The translations under genes and the position numbers were made by a program. Source: Lama guanicoe (taxonomy: Eukaryota). Taken from it: a stretch of 64,000 nt of DNA. The stretch covers positions 6,965,824 to 7,029,823 of the forward strand of contig MU054391.1 of assembly GCA_013239625.1 (NCBI GenBank), read 5' to 3'. The notes under the pieces were generated by a model. That model had not been told where the DNA came from and searched no databases. It saw only the letters and a program-made list of their open reading frames with translations. Each line of letters starts with the position of its first letter. Position 1 is the first letter of the stretch. Below are positions 12,407 to 23,900 of this stretch, piece by piece.

Positions 12407-14099
12407 AGAACCAACCAAAATACTTCTAATTACTGCAGCAGACAATGATGAATCATACCTAAGCCAGCCTGCTGCCTTTTCAGTCGGATGCACTTATAAT
12501 CAGACGCATTGTTTCGTGGCCAGGGGAACATTTGCTCCAGAGTGTTTGGGTCTGTGGGAGGAGAGGCGTTTGCAGATCTTCCCAGTGTAGGATCTGCTCA
12601 TCTGCATGAGGGCAGCAGGGAGAGGTTTCCCTTTTACCAGGGTTTAAGCTCTCTTGGAGCGGGGCTGTGGCTTCATCATTTTCATCACGATGATTCCGAC
12701 AAAAGCCACCCTCTCTGAGCACTGACTACGTGCCAGGTGGTGTAAAAGGTGCTTTATGGCCGGTCCTGGTGTCATTTCAGCCTTCCAGCAACCTTCTGCT
12801 CTCGGTATTCTTATATGATTTTGCTGAGAAAACTGAGGCTCTGGGGAGTCGTCGTTCAAGTACCCAGTGTATGAACATTAGGCACCTAGAAAACATTGGG
12901 TGAGTGAATGAATAACTCCAAGCTCGTGGAAGGGAGAGGCAGAGGGGAGAACCCAGCCGTAGGAACCAAAAGAGTCGGTCCCAAAACTTAAGAGGTTTTA
13001 TGCCTCCCAGTTATTCATGTTTACAAGTTTTAAGCTCCAAATTGGAGTAGCAGTCAGTGAGGGGAGGGGATTTCAATGTAGGCAAATAACGTAAGACATG
13101 GGTGAGGGAGTAGGTTTGTGACCAGCAAAGAGATCAGCCTGACTAGTCCTCAGAAAAAAAAAAAAAAGGAATGAGAAGAAAGAAGAATGGAAAGACACTT
13201 AAGTGTCAGCCACTGTGCTGACTTCACTACACTATCTTATTTAAAACCTCACAAAACCCCTTTGAAGTCAGCCTTGTTGTCTCCGTTTATGGGGGAGGAA
13301 ACCAGCTCAGAGAGCGTTCCGGAGCTGTTCAAGGTCACACAGCAACCAGCAGGCAAGGGGCCGGGGTGGAAACCCAGACCTCAGCTCCCTGGCTTCCCTG
13401 AGACTTGGCTGCTTGCCCGTAAACAAAAACCTCAAATGGAGATTTCATCACTTATGCTTGGATTTTATTTTGTATTTGATGGAGGGGAAAAAACCCAGAT
13501 CATCTACAGATTTCTTTTATAGTGACAAAACCAACAACTGGCCCTATCCCAGGAGGGGGTTTCCAGCTCAGTCACTGCAGGGAGAAGGCCAAACTGGAGA
13601 TGAAAGTTTTGGGGTAGCCAGGAAGAATGCGCTTGGAGTGACTGGTATGCAGTTCAGTGATGGTGACCAAATTTTCCAAACCAGAATCAGCACGCCATAC
13701 TCTTTGGTTCCTCCCCGCACCCCAAGGATCAGAGGAACTCCTGAAAGTATAGTTTACGTGCAGAAATACAATCATATGCTCAGTTCTGATATAACAAGAT
13801 GTGTTCCTAAATATCACTGCATCATGCAGAATTGCACAATAAAAACCACAGGGCTTGTGGGGAAATGGGGTCAGAGGCACCGCGCTCAAAAACTTCATCA
13901 ATGACACAGTGAAAGAAAAAAAGACAAATGCCTGATTAAAAAAGAGAAATGCAGTTTTGCACATGAGAATACATAAATGCTGCAATCAATATGGAACTTT
14001 ACCTAGAAGTACAAGATAAATGAAATGAAGTTTTGCACGTGGAAGTGGGCATTGTTGGCATTGTGGCTTGTGAGTTACTGTGAAGCAGAGAAAGGAGGG

Positions 14100-14340
14100 A
14101 GGTGCAGAAAGTTCTCACACCAGATGTGGGTGGGCGTGGCTTGTGACACATGCAGTGATTGGAGGTGGCCGGTGGATGTGTGCAGTGTGTGTGTTCTGCG
14201 TATTGCTAAGGAGCTCAGTCAGCCGGGCACCGTGTTTTCTGCGTTCACCTTAGTGTTCCTTGCAGAGGAAAGCACGCCTTAAGGACACACAAAATTCACA
14301 AAGTGTTCAAGTTGTTCTGTGATATATCAGTCTGTTGGTA
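14100..14340 (+). promoter_or_regulatory. Candidate distal GREB1 promoter
   Basis: Sp/KLF box GGGCGTGGC at 14132-14140 and inverted CCAAT (ATTGG) at 14158-14162. Spacing from the ERE fits the ~1.6 kb reported for human. I could not define the first-exon donor. Confidence 0.5.
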
Positions 14341-14477
14341 CAAATCTGTGATTTAAAAACAAATGTCAGCAGAACTGACTGTATATGGGGACAACATAAC
14401 AGAATACACAAACTCTTACATTTCGAAATTCCATACCATAGCCTTTCCACTCAGCTCTCTGGTTAGCTCAGGGTCCC

Positions 14478-14838
14478 TGCCAGGGACTGAATGTTTGTGT
14501 CCTCCCCAAATTCATATGTTGAAACCTCACCTCTGATGTGATGGTATTAGGAGGTGGGACCTTTGGGAGGTGACCAGGTCATGAAGGTGGAGCCTTCAGG
14601 ATGGGATTAGAGCTCTTTTAAAAGAGCCCCCAGAGAGCTCCCTAGCCCCTTCTGCCACTCGAGGACACGATGAGAAGATGGCCCGTCTATGAGCCAAGAA
14701 ACAGGCTCTCATCAGATCAGATCGGCTGGCGCCCTGGTCTTGGATTCCTAGCCTCCAGAACTGTGGGAAACAAATCTGGGTTGTTTGAGCCACCCGTCTA
14801 TGGTGTTTTTGTTACAGCAGCCTGAGTGGACTAAGACT
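14478..14838 (+). mobile_element. ERVL-MaLR solo LTR (MLT1A-like) with 5-bp TSD
   Basis: Full-length MLT1 text flanked by GTCCC at 14473-14477 and 14839-14843. Confidence 0.9.
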
Positions 14839-17589
14839 GTCCCTCAGTCTAAATCAGAAGGAGGGACTGGCTCACCTCTGTGATTTTTGAGTCTCTCAGG
14901 CTGAATGAAAGTGTGACCCTCTAATCTCTTAGAGGATAATAATTAGAGTTTTTATTTTTTTTTTAATTCTTCATGTATCCCTGCTTTTCCCTTTGGTTGC
15001 TGTAGTATCTTTTCTCCTGGATGTTCTTTTCATGCTTCAGTCCTTCTTCAGATGCCAGGTGACCACTGGATATGTGTGTTTAAGAAAGAGGAAGTCGACT
15101 TTGTGTCTGTCGGTGGAGCTTGTGGACTATCAGGTGTTGCTATTTGGGTGCTCAGGACAGCATGAGCTGGCGTTCTGGAGGCCTCTAAATGCCAGGCTGT
15201 GTCTATGTGAGTGGTCCTAGCTCTCCTTGGTTGATTCCATTTAATTGATGTGTTTTGCCAGGGGCACACGCCTGAGTCCTGGAGCTCCACGTGGGCCCTG
15301 GGGTGGGTGGTGAAGGGGCCAAGTACTCTGTATCTATTATTTCAAAGAAGTCCCCTGTTTCCACCTAACACATGCCAGAGGCCCGAGTCTAGGTTTCTGT
15401 AGGGCCAACCAGCTTCCTGTAGGTCCTTCACCTGCATCAGCCATAAGTCCGTCCTCTAGTCCGGCTTCTGGAGGTTCATTAAACCTAAAGAAAAACAGAA
15501 GTGCTTAGGTCTCTTTAGAGGGGTCAGGTCCATCACACAGCAGAAGAGATGCTTCGACTAGGTTTTGAAGGATGAGTAGGAGTTCATGTCATGAATGAGG
15601 GGTAAGGGCTTCCCAGGCAGAGACAATACACATCATGCACAAAGCACTGGAGGTCTGAGCAGTCAGCGCCCGGCAGCCGAGGCAGTACCAGCCCCCCACC
15701 GTTTGTACAAGTAAAGCAGGTCTAAAGTGATCTGAAAAACTCGCAGGGGAACTTTTTGCAGAAGCCAAGACCTGTTTATGCGTTGATGGTGGGTATCATG
15801 GTCTCCAGGACACTTTGTTGAACCGGGAGAGACTTTTTGCTCCTTGAAGGTCATCACTTCTAGCCTTTGTGGTGACCAGGAAAATAAAGCCAGCACGCCA
15901 CAGTCTCAAATGCTTGTGTTGGCTGCTGGCATGGTGACTCTGTCCATGCTTGTCATGTGTAAGGTGGAAGGGACTTGGCCAGGGGAGGACGGCGCTTGAT
16001 AAGGATCAGAAGAGAGGGGTTTATGGCAAGGAGATACCCTGGCACTGAGGTTAGACTTGCAGATGTAAATTCAAAAGGAAGGCTCACACCATAAACACCC
16101 ATCAGCGTGGATACTGGGGTGAGCTCTCTCCTTCTTGGGCGTCTCAGTGTTATTTTTACATCAAAACCTTGTGTAGACAGCAATGGGAAAGCACAGTTCA
16201 AAGGTGTTGTAATTTTCTCCTCATGATGATGACAATTTATGTCAATTTAAAATTAGCAAATTATAGAAAAGATTAAAGAAGGATTTAAAAAAATCTTGAA
16301 TTCTTTTACTCAGAGGCAACCACTGTAGACATTTTGTTTCAATCTCTTTTAAGCATTTTATTTATTTATTTATAGATTGAAGGCTTAGTCATGATAATAA
16401 TTGTTACTTTTAGCATGGCCACTATAATGGGTATTTATAATATATATACCATCCCCTGTTCTAAGCAGCCTCTGCATATTCATTCATGGAATCCACACAC
16501 CAACCCTAAAAAACAGGTACTTGATCCCCTTTTTCAGACTTGGGAAACCGAGGCACATAAAGGTTAAGTCAGTTGCTCAGAGTCTAATCCAGTAAATCAG
16601 GATTCAAACCCAAGCCTGGGCCAGAGCCCATCCTCTTAAAAACTCTGCTGTTTTCTCTCTATATATAATAGAGTATCATATACATTATATTACATATATG
16701 TATATGCATGTGTTTGTAATTCTATAACAATTTAAAATCTTTTTCTTGCTGCCTGTTAAGTCCTAAGTATATCTGTATCATTTAAAAACTTGATGCAAAT
16801 AGCTTCCTTGCCTGGGATATTGGAGGCTGATTAAGCCTTCCTTTCCTGTTGGACATCTCTGTGGTGTCCACTTTCCCACCGTTCCAGATGTGCTCTGAGT
16901 GGCAGCAGGCAGTAGGCACTGCACCCACTGTCACCTCCTCTCCGGTCTCCACGGGTCCTTTGCAGACCCGATTTGCTCCCCACAGCCCACATGAGTGAAG
17001 CCACAGTGCCAGGCTTTACTTTGACTCCCAGAGCCTTGCTAAAGCAGAGCCACCAGGGGGCGCCACCCTGCCCATCTGTGAAGGTGTGGGGACAGGTGGG
17101 GTCTCCACTGGTCCTTGCCAGGGAGCTGTGGCTCAGCAGGGGAAGGAACAGGTCCAGAACGCGGGGCTCTCCCACCCTGTAGTGCTTGGTGCATTTTGGG
17201 GACTGGGCCTTGAAACAAGAAGAATCTTTGTTGACTATTGCGCCAACAAGAATGATCTAGCTCTTTGGCCTTTGTCACAAAAGGTAGGTGACGTGGAACC
17301 CCCCTGGGTCCTATCCAAGTCATCTTGGCAGGCAAATAGAAGACCCCGGAAAGAAGATAAAAATCAAAGTGAAAGGGACTTAGCACACATGAGGGGGCCT
17401 CCCATTATTTCTTTTCTTTCCTTTTTCAGTCAGGACTTGAGCAGGATTCCTGGGTTTCCAGGCGTTACTTGCAACAGAATATGTCGGAAGCTCTGGACAA
17501 GTTTGATGACTTACTTACAAGAAGGTTAAGAATGAGCCTCTGCAACCCTCAGGGGAGTGCTCCTTGCTGGGGTGTGTTCCTTTCTATTC

Positions 17590-18258
17590 ACGGAGGCGGT
17601 TATTTGAAGGGGCACGTGCTTCCCTGGGTCAGCGCCACCTGTGCGCTCTGCCCTCCGGTGACACACCGGGCTGCCCGGTCCCCGTGGCGAAGCCCGTGCT
17701 CTTCCCTGACCCTTTGTTTTCTGCGCAAGAGGACGTGGTTCCATGCCAAGTACAAAACTTGCATGTTTGAAAAGGCTCGGTTTAACTGCCGGTGGTTAGA
17801 CTGACAGACTGGTATGTACCTGCATAAAGAGCACTCTGACCCAGCAAAATACTTCAGTGCGAAGGAGGCGGAAAACTGTGGCATTTGCCATCTGACCCAG
17901 TGGGAGCCTGGGGCAGATGGAGCGCAACTTGGAAAGTCTGCTACTGGGATTTTTTTTTTTTTTTTCCCTGATTGTTGTTGTAGCCCTGGGAGCAGATACT
18001 GCCTTTGAAACCTTTCCCCTGGCTGGCTTGGCTGCCTCTGCCTCCCCAGGCAGGGGCTGGGGAACCAGGGTGTCAGGTCGACCGAGCAGTTGGCACTGTT
18101 CTCTGGGGCATTAAGGGCTCCCCGCACGATCAAAGGCACAGCCCCGGAGGCGGGAGCCCCGGCCAGCGCTCCCCCTCTGCTGGGCTCAGCCTGCTCCTGG
18201 CCGGTTGATTCCTGGGCTGCCTGAAATCCTGAAATGACCGGCTTCTCATAAGGTACGG
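17590..18258 (+). promoter_or_regulatory. Candidate second promoter / non-coding first exon (CpG-enriched)
   Basis: Local CpG enrichment; donor-like sites CTG|GTATGT (17812) and AAG|GTACGG (18253). Confidence 0.5.
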
Positions 18259-20499
18259 TGTGTTCGACTTCAGGAGCGGCACCTGCTCTGGGGGTTGGAG
18301 AGGTTGGTCCTGGCTATTTTGCTTATTATAAAGATGGCATTGGCCTGGATTAAGCAAAATAATGCAGAGCTTTTTTTTTTTTTTTTTTGCCTTTTCACTT
18401 AAGCCCAGGGGAGCAGTAAGTTGAGTGAATCCACTTAATGAATTTGTTTCCTAATTTTTGCTGTTGGAAAAAGGGGTGGGAAATAATTAGCTTTGCACAA
18501 GTTTGACACAAAAGCAGCAGCGAGTCTAATTATAAATGATACGCTAAGAAGATGTACAGCACTTTGGATCCTGCCTGATGGGTTCTGGAGGGAAGTTTTT
18601 GAATAGTTTCTTCTTCCCTGAAATTCTTGCCTGGCTTTATTCTGAAGGTGCTTCTCTCCCGTTCAGTTCTCCCTGCAGCCGGGGGTGGGGACATTGCTGC
18701 TTGTTCCGTGGTTCCATTCGAGAGAGCTTAATGATGGTCTCAGAGGAAGTGCCACCTGACCTTCTGTGGACAGATGTCTGGGTGGTGGCTGTGGGCAGGA
18801 CAGTCCCTGTTGGAGAGACCAGCAGATTAGACAAAAGTCAAGCCCTCAGCTCTGCCTTTCTTCCTTCACCAACACCTGTGGAGTTTATGAGTTCCTCCAA
18901 GGAAAATCGGAGAAATCTACATTAGAATGCTGTTTCCTGCCAGGGGGACCGTCAAAGAGTTTATAGGAGAGCGTCCTGCAGTCTGAATGTGTTTATGGCC
19001 ATATCATATATTCAGGGCTGACTCCTCCTCCACCAGCAGAGCCTCATTCCCATCGCTCTTACAGGAGGGTCCACCATGCTGCGGGGAATTACAGAAGGAA
19101 CTTGGAAGGTTGGAGGTCCTCAGAGGCATTTGCTTTGTTTCCAAAACTTTGGGCTCATCAGAAATAAGTCACCATACTTGTGTGTTGGCCGAAAGATTCT
19201 TCAGTTTTGCTGTAGGGACGTTGGAGGAGGAAGGGACGGGGACTAGTGGCAACGCAGATCCGAGCTGGAGTTTGGGGTGTTCTGTTCAGACTCTGGGTGG
19301 GGGCTATGCTGGTTACCTTCTGGGAGGCTCTGAGGTCCGCAGGGATTCTGGGGGAAAGCTGTCTTGTAGAAGGGGACAGATTGGAAAGGCTGAGGATCGC
19401 AGGTGTGTTTTGGATGTGATTCAGAATGGAGGCAGATAGCAAAGGGAGGGGAAGAGAGGCCGGGCGGGCTCCATGGACGGGTTTTCTCTCTCGTGGACTT
19501 GAACTCCAGCTTTGACTCCAGGCACGGCCACTTTCTTCTTTGCCATAGTCAGCTCTCCAGGCGAGGCTGAGAGGAGACAGAGGACAAAGACAAGTGGATC
19601 CCAGACCACGCGGGGCTCTGCATGAGGGCGGGCTCCTTGTGAGGGAGCAGACAGCAAGCAAGACCGTGCTGGAGGGGCTCCTCAGACCCCCCGCGGCCCC
19701 TGTCTTCTGCATTGGGATGGTGACACCACTGACTTCCTCCTCTTTCTAAAGCCCCACCTCCCGCCTCCTTCAGCCTCCACATAGAGCCAGTCTCTGTGCA
19801 GTATATTGAGTAGCAGTACATTGCAATATTCTTCTATATTTCTCCTTAGAAAGCCTAATTAATCTCTCACTATAGTCTGATCCTGGCTGCTTGAGGTCCT
19901 TGCCAGGCTCTACAGGGTTAAATATGACCACACTAGCAGGGCTTAGTCTAGACTGGCCCTCGCTGCCCTCCTACCCCGGTGCTCCAGTATCTGCAAGGAC
20001 CTGTGTCCCCCATCACACGTGGGTGCATTGCCCCCCTTCTGCCCGAATGCAGTTTCTTCTTTTCAGCTGGAAACCTGTACTCACCATTCTCGACTCAGCT
20101 CTTCTCGGAGGCACCCTGAGACTGACCTAAGAGGACCCCCCACTCCCTTCCCCTGTATCCTTAGGAGCTGCCCTCTTGCCTAAATCCCTGCGAAGGCAGC
20201 GGTTACACTGCCTTGCTTACCTGCATTCCCGACCTGCCTGGGAGTTTCTTCAGGACTTGGTATATTTCACTTTCACCCTGAGCTCCAAGTGGGAGTGAAA
20301 TCTTTCTGTCACTTCTTCCAATTAGACTATTTAAGCATTTAATTTTAAGACAAAGAGATGAATCTGGAAGAGGAAAGTTGGTTTGTCATGGAGGAGGGAG
20401 AGAACAGGCCTGGAGTTGTCGATTTGTGGCTCAAGACACACTCTGCCATCTGAACTTGGTCTGAGACCTTGAAGGCACCCAGCTGCGCCTTCTCTTTGA

Positions 20500-20907
20500 G
20501 CTGGGGCGGCCCCGGGGTGTGCGGGGGCACAGGGTCTCCGGCAGCCTGACCCTTTGTCAGATGTGCTCTCCAAAGAAACTATCCTGGGCTCCGTGGGGCA
20601 TGAGTGAGCTTGGTTGCTACACCCAGAAGGTCAAACCCCCGAGGAGGTGGGAGACACAGACACACTCTGTGTGGCTTTAGAGGGAGAAACCTGGAGCCCA
20701 GTGAGGTGCGAGCAAAGTCCTGGGGGTGGGGATGGAAGAGGGAGCCGTGGACGTTGGCTGAAACTGAAGGGTGAACAGGCACATACAGGGCCCAGGGGGC
20801 AGCGATGTGTTCCCGAGGAAAGAACAGATGTGCACATCTTGTACTTTGATGCTCGCGGGAAGGGCTCCCTTCTGACCCTGCTTGGAATGGAAAACAATCA
20901 GGTGAGT
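20500..20907 (+). promoter_or_regulatory. Candidate third promoter / non-coding first exon ending at 20901
   Basis: GGGGCGG box at ~20502, CpG-enriched, perfect donor CAG|GTGAGT at 20902. Confidence 0.5.
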
Positions 20908-23900
20908 TCAGGTGACACCTGGGGCAGGGAGGTACTGGCTAATACACTTCCCCGAACTGTGACAGCAGCGGCATCCTGGGAACATCCTGGGGGCCGAAAT
21001 GGAAGCCTCGGATGTGTTCACTTGGTGCACCTGGGGCTTCCAAGGCTGCCTGTGGGGATTTCAGGCAGGACTGAGCTCCATTTCTTGGCAGTTTCTTGGC
21101 AGTCCTCACTATGACCTTATACAGGTGTTCTCCCTGTCCCTTTCCACCTCCCTCTGCCTCCCGTAGGAGTCCTTGTCCGGCACCTGCAGTGTCCCAGGCA
21201 CCATGGGAAATAAAGGGGTGACTAGAATAGTTCCTGCTGTCAGAGAGCTTCCAGTCTGGAGAGGACAGGGCATGAGAAGGGTGGGCATGGCATCTTCCCG
21301 GGTAGGCACACTGCAGCTGATGTACACCCAAAGGAAGCCAGTTTCATTATTGCTCCTGGAGTGCAGTGAATCAAATTAAGCAAAGATCTGAAAATTAGAA
21401 TTGTGAGCAGTTAATTCCAACTTTAGAGAGGAGCTAGAACTTACTAACATCTACTATTTGCCAACAACTCTCTGTATGTTAGTTCATTTAGCCCTTATCA
21501 CAACTCTGGAAGGTAGCTCATATACTATCCTCATTTTACAAAAGAGGAAATGGAGGTTCAGAAAGGTTAGGTAACTTACCCAAGGCCACACAGCTTGAAA
21601 CAAGCTCGGCCATAAACTAAGCCCCTGGTGGTTTTATTCCAAAAAGGACATGCTTTTTACCACCTCGCAGGCAGAATATGAACACTTTGCAAAGCTCAAG
21701 TTTGAAAAATTGTATAAAGTTGGTAAAGTCCAACTTTACTGAGAAGTTTATTACCTTATAACTCCAAGGGACTGTAAGGCCCTCTCTGAGAGTCCTGCTG
21801 GTCTTGCTCTAACTGGACACCATGACTGAGGACCGAAGAGCTTGCCCCCAGCACATGGCTGGCCTCAGTCTCCGCACACAGAGGGACCCAGCCAACAAGG
21901 TGTGTCTCTGGATGTCTGGAGGAAATGGGATGTTGATGATGGTTGGTCCTGAATTAACCGAGATCCCTGTGGGGAAGGGGGGAAAGCTGGGTCTGATGGG
22001 TGAGCAGCAGTAGGAGGGGATGGCTTTACTTTCTGAACAAAATGACCCATGTGCAGCAGCTGGGGGTGCAAAGAGCTGGGTGTTATCTTAGGAAGTGAGC
22101 TTTAGCCGTTGCAGAAACTCAATAACTGTCGTTGACAGATGGGGACTCTGGGTTTAGGCAGAGGGACCTCGTTCCTTGACGGATAAAAGGCGAAGTGAAA
22201 GGGAAATCCTTGTGGGCCCAGCGTGGAGCTGGACACAGAGTCCCCAGGAGGTGTCGGTGAGCCTTGTAAGTGAAATGGATTTTCTGCCTCTTGGGCAAAA
22301 CTTTTGATAGTCTGTTCTTAAAAGAAAGAAAGAAAGCAAAAGGGAAAAGGTCATTTCGAGGAGAGGCGAGAGCTAGAGTATTTTTCTTTGAAAGGGCTGG
22401 AGTCTGATTTAATCCCTGCTTTAATCTCTAGGGAAGGGTCAGTCAGGCTGTCGGAGAGGCGGACACTGTCCAGGCCCTGGCCCACCCGGCCGGCAGACTG
22501 TTTGTTTGTTTTGCCTGCTTGAAGCAGCGGTGAGCCTCCCCGCTCTCCTCCCTCCAGGAGACCTGTCTTCAGGTAGCATTCTTAGAATGCTTTTGGTTTG
22601 CTTTTTCTGGCTAGAAATGTGTCTTTTCAAATGGGGCTTTTCATTTACTGAGCCTGTATTTTCTTGCCATGGCAGCCCCCCCTTAATAAAGCTCCTCTAG
22701 GAAAGAACCTAAGGCGAGCCTCTTCTAACCAAGAGTTTTGGACAAGTGAACACCATTAAAATTTTTTAAAAAACCCAACAAACTAAAAAAAAAACGCTCC
22801 CTTTTCTGAAGTCACTGGCTTCATTGAAAGCGAAGATTCACTTGCGTCGGGTCGTTATTGGACATTCTAAAATTGTCCCAAATGTGAGACCTTGGACAAG
22901 TCACTTAATCTCATCCTGCCTCAGTTTCCTACTGTATAAAATGAGAACTGTGCTAGGTGCATTTTACAGCCAGGATGAAGAAGAAATAAATGACGAACGT
23001 AAACCAAGAAAACTATCCACGTAAAGTGGCCCTAATAAATGATGACTATTTTGATGATTACTTAAAATGTTCTTGGTTTTTTTGTTTTTATTGCTAAAAA
23101 AAATACCAAAGATGTAAAGACACAAAATGCTTTTAAATCCCAGACTCAGTCTCTTCATCTGCAAAGTGAAGGTAATAGTACTTTTGCCACAATACTGCTG
23201 GCACAAAATAAAAACTAAGCAAATTGTCTTCCATTCAAACTCAGGTCCCTCCTCATGTATTTGTAAATATCTGTCTATTGATTTACAGATTGTGTACATG
23301 GACCGCAGTCTATACTGTGTATAATTTACATTATAAAACATAGGCTGAAAAATCATAGTGCTTAGATAAAATAGATATAAACAGAGGTTTTTATATTCTT
23401 TTTTTTTTCACTTTGGATATAACACTGTACTGTATGTATAAGTTCTATGGTAGGGACTTTAAATAAGGGTCGGTCATGCGTTTCTGTGAGTCCAGGTAGA
23501 ACCTTCTCCTGTGAATAATCGCAGGGTTTTATGGGCTCCCAGAGTTCTGACGAGAGTGTTTAGCCTAGGAGAACATCTGGTTTCGGATGTGTGTGTGCTT
23601 TAGTCTTGTGAGGCTGACTTCCCAGTGCTGCCCTCTGGAAGTTCAGAGGGATGCTGGTAGCTCTCTGTAAAACTAGGGAGTGTCTTGTCATGACTAGAAA
23701 ACACACTAGAAGGTAGTGGTTGTACAGGTTTGTAATCCTTAAACTGAGGATGTCTGAGATTTTAAATTCTGTTAGTTTAAACTTCTTATCACTACTTTTC
23801 ATGGAAGAGATTCTTGGAGATGGGCTTTCAATTTCAGACGGGGCACTAGCTGTGTGTCATCAGATAGGTCTCCAAACCTCTCTGAGCCATTGCAATAAAT

